Shown piece by piece: positions 36,940 to 46,538 of a stretch of DNA of 64,000 nucleotides. Numbering within the stretch: the first letter of the stretch is position 1; every line of letters begins with the position of its first letter. The stretch is from Turneriella sp. (GTDB lineage Bacteria > Spirochaetota > Leptospiria > Turneriellales > Turneriellaceae), in the NCBI GenBank assembly GCA_965279515.1, contig CBDIID010000003.1, positions 512,001-576,000 on the forward strand, given 5' to 3'. The notes under the pieces are model-generated. The model saw only the letters and a program-made list of their open reading frames with translations, was not told where the DNA came from and searched no databases. Both the position numbers and the translations under genes were made by a program.

Positions 36940-38082
36940 TTATGCCCGCGCGGTGCGCCGGAGCAGCTTCCATTCGATAGCGGTTTCTTCGACTGCTTCT
37001 TTTAAGCGCTCATAACGCGCCTGCATCAGCTCAAAGCGCGCCGCCGTTGCGCGCAGCGCATCGTCTTTAAGCTTATTGCGGATTTCATTCATAACCGAGG
37101 CGCGGCGTTTGAAGACGGCCATCGTTTCGTCGAGCTGCGAGAGAAAAGCCTGCTTGCGCTCCTCAGTCCATCCCCATTTTTCAAGTTTTGACAACGTTTC
37201 GCCCTTTTGCATCTGCATGCGGCGCTGTTTGATCGTCGCATCAGGCACGCGCTTCAGGCCCCAGGCGAGGTGCAGATACGACATGATTTTGATCGCCCAC
37301 TTGCCGGGATCGAACTGGTACCAGCGCACGCCGTTGCGGTAGTCGTTGGCAAATTCATGGTGGAAATTGTGATAGCCCTCGCCCCATGTCAAAAACGCTG
37401 TAATTGCATTATCGCGTGCCGTATGCTTGTCGCTGTAGGGCTGCGAGCCGGCAAAATGGCAGAGTGAATTGATCAGAAACGTCGAGTGGTGTGTGAAGAC
37501 GAGACGCAGAAACCCGGCGATGAGAAATCCGCCGAGGGCGTCGCCCCAAAAGATACCGGCAATTGCCGTCGGTAGGGCGAAATTCATGAAGATTGCCAGC
37601 GGCATAAAATACCGGTGCTGAAAGAAGACAAATTTGTCGCGCCACAGGTCAGCGTTGTGTGACGGGCGCCAGTCGCGCGGGCGCGTGTGAAAAATCCAGA
37701 GCATGTGTGCGAACCAAAAACCCTTTTTGATGCTGTAGGGATCTTTATCGCGGTCGACAAATTTGTGGTGTGCGCGGTGGTCGATACTCCATTCTAGCGC
37801 CGAGCCCTGCAAACCCAGAAGTCCCACAATCAGCAACCAGACCCGTATAGGTAGCGAGGCTTCATAAGAGCGGTGTGAAAACAGCCGGTGGTAGCCGGCC
37901 GTGGTGGCCATACCTGCAACGAGCGCGATGGCCCCCGCGAGAATCAGCGTGGCGCCGGACAAGGTGCCGGTGCTTAGGAAATAAGCAAGCCCCAGGCCGC
38001 CGATGATGGGCGACAGGGCCAGAAACAATATGGATACCCATTGGGTACGGCCCGGTTGGGGGCGCTTGAATGCGAGCTTCAT
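36940..38082 (-). CDS. Delta-9-type acyl-CoA/acyl-lipid desaturase
   Basis: His boxes GYHRLFSH, HRAHH, GEGYHNFHH; DYRNG. Confidence 0.92.
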   Translation of the reverse strand: MKLAFKRPQPGRTQWVSILFLALSPIIGGLGLAYFLSTGTLSGATLILAGAIALVAGMATTAGYHRLFSHRSYEASLPIRVWLLIVGLLGLQGSALEWSIDHRAHHKFVDRDKDPYSIKKGFWFAHMLWIFHTRPRDWRPSHNADLWRDKFVFFQHRYFMPLAIFMNFALPTAIAGIFWGDALGGFLIAGFLRLVFTHHSTFLINSLCHFAGSQPYSDKHTARDNAITAFLTWGEGYHNFHHEFANDYRNGVRWYQFDPGKWAIKIMSYLHLAWGLKRVPDATIKQRRMQMQKGETLSKLEKWGWTEERKQAFLSQLDETMAVFKRRASVMNEIRNKLKDDALRATAARFELMQARYERLKEAVEETAIEWKLLRRTARA

Positions 38083-38160
38083 ATATGTTAGAGACAAAAC
38101 GATGTCCAAGGTTGCAAAAAACTCGGTTTACGAGTCAGCAAACACGCTGTTTATGCTGGG

Positions 38161-39798
38161 GTGCCCACCACAATACCCGAGGCCCTCGCCGAAACAGTCA
38201 GGGACTTTGCTGACAAGACTGCCTTCACCTTCATCGACCGCTCGTTCAGCTACCGCGAATATAATCAGCTGAGTAACCGCGTCGCGCATGGCCTTGTCAT
38301 TCGCGGGCTCAGGGCGGGCGACCGGGTGGCCATCCATCTGCCCAACCTGCCACAATATCTGGTCTTCATGATGGGTGCGCTCAAAGTGGGATGTATCATT
38401 TCGGGGCTCTCTCCACTCGCCACGGCGCGCGAGATCGAAATACAGCTGAAGGATCTCGAAGCCGCCGCGCTTATCAGTTTCGACGACGTATACACTAAAG
38501 AGGTACAGGCGATTGCGGCATCGTTACCGTCGCTCAAAGCTATCGTTGTCACACGCCCCCTGGATCTCATGCCGCTTCCGATCCAGTTTTTTGCCCGTCT
38601 TCTCGGCAAAGTGCCTCACCCGGCGATCTCCTTCGGCAATGCCCGCGAAGTCTGGTTCGACGAATTCATGCGGGGGCAATCCACAAGCGATGTCACAGCC
38701 CACGGCCAGGGCAACGATACCGCGGCGATTCAATACACCGGCGGCACCACCGGCCGCAGCAAGGGCGCGATGCTGACGCATAATAACCTGCTGAGCAATA
38801 TCAGGCAGTCGATTGCCGTGACAGAGCCCGAGATCGGAAATGAGACAGGCCTCTCGATTCTACCGTTTTTTCATATTGCGGGCCTGACAGCGGCCCTGAA
38901 CACCATCGTGATCGGCGGCGCCTGGTTGCTCATACCCAACCCGCGCGACCTCGATTTTATCGTGCGGCAGCTCAAAAAATACCGGCCGAGCCTGATCTTT
39001 GCTGTGCCGCTGCTGTACGAGAAATTGCTGGCAAGAGAAGATTTCCGGCAGCTCGATTTCAGCTCGCTGAAGTTCGCCATGTCGGGCGCGGCGCCGATGA
39101 GCGACGCTCTCAAAGAGGCGCTCGAGGCGGTTATCAGGGTTTCTGTGCTCGAGGGTTATGGTATGACGGAGGCATCGCCGGGAATTACGATTAATTATCC
39201 CGGGCGGGCAAAACCGAATACCGTGGGCCAGGCTCTGCCCGGGACAGAGGTAAAAATTATTGCGGTGGATGGTAATACAGAGCTCGGCCCGGGAGCAGAA
39301 GGCCAGCTGATCGTTTCAGGCCCCCAGGTCATGGCGGGCTATTGGAACAATGAAGCGGAGACAAAACAGGTATTACAAAACCGCGACGGCAAGACGTGGC
39401 TGTTGACCGGCGACGTCGCGCGCATCGATCCCGACGGTTACATTACCATCGTCGACCGCATTAAAGACATGATCAACGTGGGCGGCTATAAAGTCTATTC
39501 GGTCGAAGTTGAGGCGATTATTTCCCAGCACCCGGCTGTCGCCTGTTGCGCCGTACTCGCCGAGGCAGACGCGCATAAATCCACAGAAAACGTAAGACTC
39601 ATTGTTCAGAAATCGGCAGAGTATGCCACACGGAGCGAGGCTGATTTGCAGGAAGACATCCTGCAATTTTGCCGCGAAAAACTTGCACCTTACAAGGTGC
39701 CCCGGATTGTTACATTTGTTGCAGCAATTCCATTGACGCCGATCGGCAAAGTCGATAAAAAGACGCTCAGGGCGCAACTCAGCCATGAAAAGATCTAA
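38161..39798 (+). CDS. fadD: Long-chain fatty acid--CoA ligase
   Basis: YTGGTTGRSKG, EGYGMTE, TGD, DRIKDMI, GKVDKK. Confidence 0.9.
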   Translation: MPTTIPEALAETVRDFADKTAFTFIDRSFSYREYNQLSNRVAHGLVIRGLRAGDRVAIHLPNLPQYLVFMMGALKVGCIISGLSPLATAREIEIQLKDLEAAALISFDDVYTKEVQAIAASLPSLKAIVVTRPLDLMPLPIQFFARLLGKVPHPAISFGNAREVWFDEFMRGQSTSDVTAHGQGNDTAAIQYTGGTTGRSKGAMLTHNNLLSNIRQSIAVTEPEIGNETGLSILPFFHIAGLTAALNTIVIGGAWLLIPNPRDLDFIVRQLKKYRPSLIFAVPLLYEKLLAREDFRQLDFSSLKFAMSGAAPMSDALKEALEAVIRVSVLEGYGMTEASPGITINYPGRAKPNTVGQALPGTEVKIIAVDGNTELGPGAEGQLIVSGPQVMAGYWNNEAETKQVLQNRDGKTWLLTGDVARIDPDGYITIVDRIKDMINVGGYKVYSVEVEAIISQHPAVACCAVLAEADAHKSTENVRLIVQKSAEYATRSEADLQEDILQFCREKLAPYKVPRIVTFVAAIPLTPIGKVDKKTLRAQLSHEKI

Positions 39799-40825
39799 GA
39801 AAATCGCCTTCCTGCTCGTCATTCAGATGCCGGTTCAGATCGCCGCGGGCTACTGGATGGGTTTCAATTATTTCTCCCTGCTCATGGTCTTCGTGGCCAT
39901 ACCGATCGCCGATCAGATCCTGGGTCATGACACAAGCAATCCCCACCCCAGCCAAACGGCGAAACTTAGCCGTGACTGGTTTTTCCTGATCATGCCTGTG
40001 CTTTGGGTACCATGCCAGATCGCGATCTTAGTCTGGGGAGCTATGGTCATTCAATCTGACCTGCTACCGCTCTGGCAAAAGATCGGCCTCGGTTTTTCGA
40101 TCGCCGTCATGACGGGTTCGGGCATCATCATCGCCCACGAATTCGGCCACCGCAACAGTTCATGGGAAAGACTCATGGCGAAAATTCTGCTCGCGACCGT
40201 CTGTTACATGCATTTTATCATTGAACATAACCACGGTCACCATGTACGCGTAGCCACACCAGACGACCCGTCTTCTGCCCGCGTTGGTGAGAACTTCTAC
40301 AGGTTCTGGCTGCGCTCAGTGGGCGGCAGCTACATAAGCGCCTGGCGGCTCGAGCTCGCGCGGCTGCGACAGAAAAACTATTCGGTATCGGGATGGCATA
40401 ACCAGATGCTGTGGTTTTTAGCCATGCCGATTGCCATCGCCGCAGCCTGTTACTTTCTCATCGGACCGTATGCGCTGGTCTTCTTTCTCGCGCAAAGTTT
40501 CTTCGCCTTCAGCATGCTCGAACTGATCAACTATATTGAGCACTATGGACTGCAGCGGAAGAAAACGCCGCAGGGCGAATACGAACTCGTCTCCGTGCGC
40601 CATTCCTGGAATGCGAACCAGTTGCTCTCCAATCTCTATATGATCCACCTCGAGCGCCATTCAGACCACCACCACAATCCCTTGCTGCGCTACCAACTGC
40701 TGAAACACCGCGATGAGAGTCCGCAATTGCCGGGCGGCTACGGGGCCATGTTTCCCCTGGCGCTTGTGCCGCCGTTGTGGTTTCGAATTATCGATCCGCT
40801 GGTAGAGAAATACCGGCAGAGCTAG
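39785..40825 (+). CDS. alkB: Alkane 1-monooxygenase (AlkB family)
   Basis: HEFGH, EHNHGHH, NYIEHYGL, LERHSDHH. Confidence 0.88.
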   Translation: MKRSKKIAFLLVIQMPVQIAAGYWMGFNYFSLLMVFVAIPIADQILGHDTSNPHPSQTAKLSRDWFFLIMPVLWVPCQIAILVWGAMVIQSDLLPLWQKIGLGFSIAVMTGSGIIIAHEFGHRNSSWERLMAKILLATVCYMHFIIEHNHGHHVRVATPDDPSSARVGENFYRFWLRSVGGSYISAWRLELARLRQKNYSVSGWHNQMLWFLAMPIAIAAACYFLIGPYALVFFLAQSFFAFSMLELINYIEHYGLQRKKTPQGEYELVSVRHSWNANQLLSNLYMIHLERHSDHHHNPLLRYQLLKHRDESPQLPGGYGAMFPLALVPPLWFRIIDPLVEKYRQS

Positions 40826-41534
40826 CCAGAGATTCCGGATCGAGGCGTACCGCGGGAACTCCCCCCCAGGTTTCGCCCGCCGCGATACGCGTCTTGGGCA
40901 ATACCACCGAATTGGGTAAAACACGTGCACCTGCACCGATCACCACATCGCCCATCACAGTTGCCCGCAGGCCAATCGTTGTGCCGCTGCCAATACGCAC
41001 AGGCGCGACGATGAGGTACCCTGCCTGGGCATAGTGGGCAACGATCACGGCTGACCCTCCAATGGTTACGTGATCGCCGATCTCAATCATCGCCGGGTCA
41101 GAGATATGCGTGGTGTTAATAAAAACACCGTCGCCGATTTTCATTCCCATCAGCGCATAAAATATATTACTAAACGGTGTCGGCGTTACGAATTCGAGAA
41201 AAGAATAGCGCACCAGGTAAAGCAGGGCGTTACTAAAATACCAACGCAGCGCCTCGGCTGAAAAATACGTGCCCCGGTATTCGCGCGCATAAGCGCGCAA
41301 AACGAAGCAGGCGGCGGGAATAATCAGCATCAGGCTGAAGCCGTAGGCAAAGAAGGCCGCTGCGATTCCCACCCCGACCGCAAGATATTGCGCTAAGGGT
41401 GCCCAACCGTGAGCGGTTTCGGCGATGCAACGAAACACGATCACTGCCGGTGTCAGAGCGAGGCCGAGTAAAACGATAAAGATTGCGGCCAGCGGTAGCA
41501 GCGCCAGCCCTTGCACTAAAAGCTTCAGAATCAC
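40788..41534 (-). CDS. Membrane-anchored hexapeptide-repeat acyltransferase
   Basis: Two TM helices, then MGMKIG...IEIGDHVTIG...VRIGSGTTIG left-handed beta-helix. Confidence 0.8.
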   Translation of the reverse strand: MILKLLVQGLALLPLAAIFIVLLGLALTPAVIVFRCIAETAHGWAPLAQYLAVGVGIAAAFFAYGFSLMLIIPAACFVLRAYAREYRGTYFSAEALRWYFSNALLYLVRYSFLEFVTPTPFSNIFYALMGMKIGDGVFINTTHISDPAMIEIGDHVTIGGSAVIVAHYAQAGYLIVAPVRIGSGTTIGLRATVMGDVVIGAGARVLPNSVVLPKTRIAAGETWGGVPAVRLDPESLASSAGISLPADR

Positions 41535-41619
41535 ATCAACTCTGGATTGACGGTTTTTCGCGCCGTAAAGCCCGATTTAAAAGCGCATGACCAAGTACTG
41601 TACACTCAAACACAGGCCT

Positions 41620-42471
41620 ATGCGGCGCATTCAACAGCTGGTCGTCCTCATCGCAGTCACCCTGCTCTTTTCGTATTGTATTAAGGCCTTCAGTAAGATC
41701 GCATATAAGAACCTGCTGCCACAGATTATCCTGCAACGCATCGACTCTTTTTTTGACCTGAATTCCACGCAGGAAAGATACCTGAAAGAGCGGATTGCGA
41801 TCCACCATAAATGGCACCGCGAAACTCAACTGAAACTCTACCTTGCGGATCTCAGGGAACTACGCGGACGCTTTTCACGCAGTCTCACCGATGCCGATCT
41901 CGATTGGCTCATGGTGCGTATGAAGCTGCACCGCAACGCGATCTTCATGCGTATCATTCCCGACTTGGTCAATGTACTCCAGACACTTTCGGACGATCAG
42001 ATCGCTTATCTGGAAAAAAAACTCGCAAAAGAGAACAAAGAGCTCGAACAAAAACTGGCACGGCCGCTGGCCGTGCGTCAGAAAGAAGAATTTGCCACAA
42101 TCGTGAAGCAGGTCGAAGAATGGGCGGGCAGCCTCTCAGATGCCCAGCAAGAGCAGCTGCGTAAAAAGTATGCGGCGATACCGGCCAATGCCATCGAGTG
42201 GCTGCGCTACCGCGAAGAGCAGCAGGCAATCTGGATTACATTACTGCGCTCGAAACCCGACCACCAGCGCCTGAAAGAAGACCTCGAAGGCCGCATGGTC
42301 CATCAGGAACGCAATGTGCCGCCGCGCTTCAAGGCGAGCTTTACGCGCACCCTGACGCTGATGAAAGAAATGATACTGACCGCCGACCGGATTTTAACCC
42401 CTGAACAACGGACGCATGTTCTGGCCAAAGTAGACGAATATATTCAGCTGCTCGGCGAATTGGCGCAATAG
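41620..42471 (+). CDS. Putative lipoprotein (DUF6279-like)
   Basis: LFSYC lipobox-like; FFDLNSTQ...WHRETQL, WAGSLSDAQ, LTPEQR. Confidence 0.7.
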   Translation: MRRIQQLVVLIAVTLLFSYCIKAFSKIAYKNLLPQIILQRIDSFFDLNSTQERYLKERIAIHHKWHRETQLKLYLADLRELRGRFSRSLTDADLDWLMVRMKLHRNAIFMRIIPDLVNVLQTLSDDQIAYLEKKLAKENKELEQKLARPLAVRQKEEFATIVKQVEEWAGSLSDAQQEQLRKKYAAIPANAIEWLRYREEQQAIWITLLRSKPDHQRLKEDLEGRMVHQERNVPPRFKASFTRTLTLMKEMILTADRILTPEQRTHVLAKVDEYIQLLGELAQ

Positions 42472-42473
42472 GG

Positions 42474-43658
42474 CTAGCGCCAAACCCGGATGACTTCGAG
42501 ATAGATAGCCTTCTGATCGCCCACGAGGCCTTTGAAGCGGCCGTAAATCTGAATCCCTCCGCCCGCCTTGCCTGGCTGGAGTTTTTCTTCCGGAATCGCC
42601 GCATTCTTAAAAGCATGAACACGGTACTCTTCGCCCGCTTCCCGGGCAATGAGCTGGTACTGGATGCCGCCATTTTCCTCAGCCCTGTCGCGTAGCTCCC
42701 CCGACAGAATCACAAGACTGTGGCGGCGCAGCACGACATTCTCAAACAGGTTTTTGAGTGAAATATTATCGCTGAAATCCGTGTAATCGACATCGGGAAT
42801 AAAGCCCAAAAAGGTGCGGGATTTTTCGCGCGTCTGGAAATCCGCATTGGAAGCAAGCAAGCGGTTGAGCAAGTACCGCGACTGGTTTACCTTACGCTCT
42901 TTGAGCAGCAGCTTCGCTTTTTCAAAATCGCCGATGATGCCTTCGCGCGTTTTGTAGGTGTAGAGGATTTTCGCCGGATCGGCCACCGGCATCACTGCCG
43001 CGGAATCGGCGACCTGCAGGTCGGGGGCAAGGATTTTGCGTTCGTTCAGATGCTGTCTTACCAGGATAAAAATCCCTGCAGCCGCAAAGACCAGGAAGCC
43101 CGCTATAAAAATGATGCGGTAAGGAAAGCCACGCAACGGATTTGCTCGCGGCTTCGGCCGCGGCCGCTTTTTCTCGGCATCGAACTGCCAGCCGCTCTCG
43201 CGCGGTGCAGTTGCCGGCGTGGCTTTGCTTTTCTGCGGTGATAAACGGATCGGCGGCGGCAGTTCGGGCGGCAAAACAATGAAATCCGCGACGCGGAATT
43301 CCACATCGTTTAGCTCTTTTACTTTTCTGAATTTTTTGACCAGCGACTGCGCCAACCAGCCTTCGCTGTCGTCGGCGATTTCGAGATAGTGCCAGAGCGC
43401 CTTTTCGATGTCGCGCTGCAGCAGCGAATAATAGGCTTTTAAATAATGGAGATAGACATTTTGGGTGTCAAAATTATCGAGCTCAGCCAGGTATTTTTCA
43501 AATTCTTTTAGATCCGGCTGAAACGCAGAACTAACCGCAGCCAGGTAGTAGGCCCAAAAACTCTGGGGTTCTTCGGCAATGATTTCGAGCGCAGCGTCCC
43601 GCGCCTCCACAAAAAGCCCGCGGCGGAATAGTTCGAACGCCGCCGCGAGAGGGGTCAC
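42474..43658 (-). CDS. TPR-containing single-TM protein
   Basis: N-terminal TPR-like helices, central TM, beta-rich C-terminus. Confidence 0.7.
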   Translation of the reverse strand: MTPLAAAFELFRRGLFVEARDAALEIIAEEPQSFWAYYLAAVSSAFQPDLKEFEKYLAELDNFDTQNVYLHYLKAYYSLLQRDIEKALWHYLEIADDSEGWLAQSLVKKFRKVKELNDVEFRVADFIVLPPELPPPIRLSPQKSKATPATAPRESGWQFDAEKKRPRPKPRANPLRGFPYRIIFIAGFLVFAAAGIFILVRQHLNERKILAPDLQVADSAAVMPVADPAKILYTYKTREGIIGDFEKAKLLLKERKVNQSRYLLNRLLASNADFQTREKSRTFLGFIPDVDYTDFSDNISLKNLFENVVLRRHSLVILSGELRDRAEENGGIQYQLIAREAGEEYRVHAFKNAAIPEEKLQPGKAGGGIQIYGRFKGLVGDQKAIYLEVIRVWR

Positions 43659-43666
43659 ATTAACTT

Positions 43667-43769
43667 CCCAAAAATGCTCAGCAAACCGAAAGCCCTAAAT
43701 TTGCCTTCGGCAAATTCCACGGCTAAAGCGCTACGCGGCTTTCGGTTTGCATAGATGAGCATTTTTGGG
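43667..43769. repeat. Nested inverted-repeat element downstream of efp
   Basis: CCCAAAAATGCTCA/TGAGCATTTTTGGG, then GCAAACCGAAAGCC/GGCTTTCGGTTTGC, inner AATTTGC-CTTCG-GCAAATT. Confidence 0.75.
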
Positions 43770-43776
43770 TCCCATC

Positions 43777-44343
43777 CTATTTCTGCGTCACCCGCTCCAC
43801 ATAAGAAAGATCGCGTAAATCCACCTTAATCATATCGCCTGTTTTCACAAAAAGCGGGGTTTGGATTTTTCCGCCGCCGACAACGGTCACTTCTTTGTAT
43901 GCTGTTGTCGCTGTGTCGCCTTTCATACCGTCTTCGGCATATTCGACTTTAACCACCACGAAGTTGGGAGGGATCACACTGACCGGTTTGTCGTTGTAGA
44001 GTAAAATCTGGAATTCCATACCGTCGTTGATGTAAGCGAGCAGATCCTCAAGATCCTTCTTATCTACATGAATCTGGTCATACGTCTCGCTGTCCATAAA
44101 GACCAGCTGATCGCCGTCGGTAAAATTATAGGTCACATTGCGCTTCTCGAGCTCGACGTCTTCGAGCATCTCGCCCGAACGCCAGGTGCGCTCGACCGTC
44201 GTGCCTTTACTGAGGGACTTGATGCGCACCCGCACAATCGCCGCGCCCTTGCCCGGTTTGTGGTGCTCAAAACTCTGGATGACAACCAGGTCGCCGTCGA
44301 CCTTAAGCGCCATACCGCGCTTCACGTGGTTCGAATTAATCAT
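43777..44343 (-). CDS. efp: Elongation factor P
   Basis: HHKPGKGAA, FMDSETYDQ, GMKGDTAT, YVER. Confidence 0.96.
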   Translation of the reverse strand: MINSNHVKRGMALKVDGDLVVIQSFEHHKPGKGAAIVRVRIKSLSKGTTVERTWRSGEMLEDVELEKRNVTYNFTDGDQLVFMDSETYDQIHVDKKDLEDLLAYINDGMEFQILLYNDKPVSVIPPNFVVVKVEYAEDGMKGDTATTAYKEVTVVGGGKIQTPLFVKTGDMIKVDLRDLSYVERVTQK

Positions 44344-44454
44344 TAGTTAGTAATAATGCAGCAAACATGGTGAAAAGCTGGTTTTAAGCGCCGGCTGCAA
44401 TCGGGGGTTGTTAAGGGGGCCTTGGCCCCCTTAAGACCTCTCCCCGGTAGGGAG

Positions 44455-44507
44455 AAAATAAAAACCCGTTTACCCCGCTGGATTTTTTTCTTTAGGGGGT
44501 AAACGGG
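44455..44507 (-). terminator. Intrinsic terminator upstream of efp
   Basis: CCCGTTTACCCC...GGGGTAAACGGG followed by TTTTTATTTT on the minus strand. Confidence 0.65.
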
Positions 44508-44585
44508 CGAGAAGACGCCCAGGCAGATTTTAACCACCCGGGATAAACACCTCCACTGGGGGGAGGTACTCAATATCAGTTTCGG
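44455..44585 (-). ncRNA. Candidate small RNA or efp leader/attenuator
   Basis: Promoter TTGCAG-17-TAGGAT, two hairpins, then a 12-bp stem followed by TTTTTATTTT. Confidence 0.45.
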
Positions 44586-44684
44586 CTGGAAATCCTAGAG
44601 AACTTTACCACCGGCTGCAATTTTTTATGCGGCCGGGATGCCCAATGTGGTTTACACGGGGTTTCATGCCCCGGGTATGCCCCC

Positions 44685-44843
44685 ATGCGCGAGATCGTCA
44701 AATTGGAATCCACAGCCGGCACCGGCTACTATTATACTGCTACCCGCAACAAAAAGGCGCAAGGCGGAAAGCTCGAAGTCATGAAATATGACCCGAAAGT
44801 GCGCAAGCACGTGAAATTCGTCGAAAAGAAAATTTCTAAGTAA
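44685..44843 (+). CDS. rpmG: 50S ribosomal protein L33, Cys-free form (not in ORF track)
   Basis: [24 protein letters not shown]...[21 protein letters not shown]. Confidence 0.95.
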   Translation: MREIVKLESTAGTGYYYTATRNKKAQGGKLEVMKYDPKVRKHVKFVEKKISK

Positions 44844-44885
44844 GTCATTAGGGGCTGCCGCCCCTAACCCCGCTTTCGCACGCTG

Positions 44886-46421
44886 CTATTTTTTGTCTAT
44901 AGACAGGATGGTCAATTCAACCCGTCTGTTTTGCTTTTTTCCTGCTGTGGTGTTATTCGAAGCCACAGGTTTCGCATCCCCGTAACCCACAGCCTTGATC
45001 CCGTTTCGGGATAACCCTTTATCGATGAGATAGTCCATCACCGCGCGCGCCCGGTTTTTTGACAGCTCCATGTTACTCTTCTGGTCACCGGTGTTATCCG
45101 TGTGCCCGCCGATCTCGATCTTGAGGCCCGGGCGGCTCTGCAGAATTTTCGTCAACCGGTTGAGCTCGGCGTATGATTCCTTTGAAAGCTGGTACGATCC
45201 CTTCTTAAAGAAGAGATTGTTGATGGGCATCTTTGCGCCTTCTTTGAGCTGCATCATCGTTAGCTCCAGCGGGGTGTCTTTGCTGAAACCGTCTTTGAGA
45301 TTGATCGTGGTGCTCTGCGGCAGATAGCCGCCCGACTCTGCGTGAATACCGTAAGTTTCGCCCAGCGGCAAATTCATTTTGAACTCGCCTTCATCCGAAG
45401 TTTCTGTGCGTGCCAGAAGCGCACCATCGCTTAAGCGCTCAAAGACGACACGTGACCTGACAGGCTCGCCTTCTTTATTACGCACCTTGCCATAGACAAT
45501 GACCGATTTCTCCGGCCGCAGCTCTTCAGGCAGGGAAATCTGGTAGAGATCCTTGCCCTTGCCCGGCGTATCTGATGAGAAGATTGCATAGTCGCCGGTC
45601 GGAGCGATCACGTAGTTAATGTCATTGCCGGTGGTGTTGATCTTGGGCCCGAGGTTGATAGGGTCAGTCCAATGCGTCCAGGTGTTATCCTGGCGGCGCG
45701 ACATGTACATATCGAACTGGCCGACACCATTGGGACGGTTCGAGGCGAAATAGAGCGTCTTGTTGTCGGCGGCAAGAAACGGTGTGACTTCCATAAAGGC
45801 AGAATTGATTTCATTGCCGAGATTCAACGGCTCAGACCAGGAATCATCGGGCTGCAAAAAACTGACATAGAGATCCATCTTACCGACGGTGTCCTTGCGC
45901 TGCAGGTTGAGAATCAACGTGCGCTCGTCGGCTGACAGCGAATAATTCACGAGATTCGCCTCGTTATAAAAGTTCACGATGCGCAGCGGTTCGGGAAAAC
46001 TCCACTTGCCTTTCGCAAAGCGTGTTTTCGAGACGCCCGGCGAAACCGTGCCGTCTTTGCTGTAGACATTACCGATGTAGAGCGTTTTGCCATCGGCGGA
46101 TGTGCCAATCGGAAAATCATAGGTCTTGGAATTGAACGCGGCCTTGATATGTTCGGCCTCGGTCCAGGTGCCGTCAGGCCGCTTGCGGCTCACCCAGACA
46201 TCCTGGTCGTCCCGGAGCGCGCTCGCGCCATCGACAATGGTGCTGACGCCGACATTGTCGGGATGTCCCTCGCGGCAGAAATAAATGGTGTTGCCGTCGG
46301 GCGCAAGTACGGGGGCCAGCTCGTCGTAACGCGAGTTGATACCGTTGCCAAGAGAAGTAATTTTGAGTTCGGCAAATAAGCCCGCGGTCAGAACGAGGGA
46401 AGTCCACATCAGGAAGCGCAT
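44886..46421 (-). CDS. Exported PD40 beta-propeller + OmpA C-terminal domain protein
   Basis: Signal peptide; INS...P.LA.DG.T.YF repeats; IEIGGHTD, LSKNRA, NRRVE. Confidence 0.9.
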   Translation of the reverse strand: MRFLMWTSLVLTAGLFAELKITSLGNGINSRYDELAPVLAPDGNTIYFCREGHPDNVGVSTIVDGASALRDDQDVWVSRKRPDGTWTEAEHIKAAFNSKTYDFPIGTSADGKTLYIGNVYSKDGTVSPGVSKTRFAKGKWSFPEPLRIVNFYNEANLVNYSLSADERTLILNLQRKDTVGKMDLYVSFLQPDDSWSEPLNLGNEINSAFMEVTPFLAADNKTLYFASNRPNGVGQFDMYMSRRQDNTWTHWTDPINLGPKINTTGNDINYVIAPTGDYAIFSSDTPGKGKDLYQISLPEELRPEKSVIVYGKVRNKEGEPVRSRVVFERLSDGALLARTETSDEGEFKMNLPLGETYGIHAESGGYLPQSTTINLKDGFSKDTPLELTMMQLKEGAKMPINNLFFKKGSYQLSKESYAELNRLTKILQSRPGLKIEIGGHTDNTGDQKSNMELSKNRARAVMDYLIDKGLSRNGIKAVGYGDAKPVASNNTTAGKKQNRRVELTILSIDKK

Positions 46422-46538
46422 ACTGTATTATCGGAATTTTGGATCGCGGCGTCTGCCAAAAATTATCACTTATCCGGGCTTGTCTAAAAGGGAAACCTGG
46501 AGAACTTTACAACCTCCGTTCCCTACTGGTTTTGCCGC

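Noticed and set aside
44343..44573. 76-aa ORF upstream of efp as a protein gene
   Set aside because: TTG start without RBS, crosses a terminator and repeat hairpins, no recognisable motif; kept only as a note in the RNA finding.
44510..44580. ZTP (pfl) riboswitch, suggested by GCCTGGGC
   Set aside because: The 5' GACTGGCG element is absent and the segment pairs in a local hairpin.
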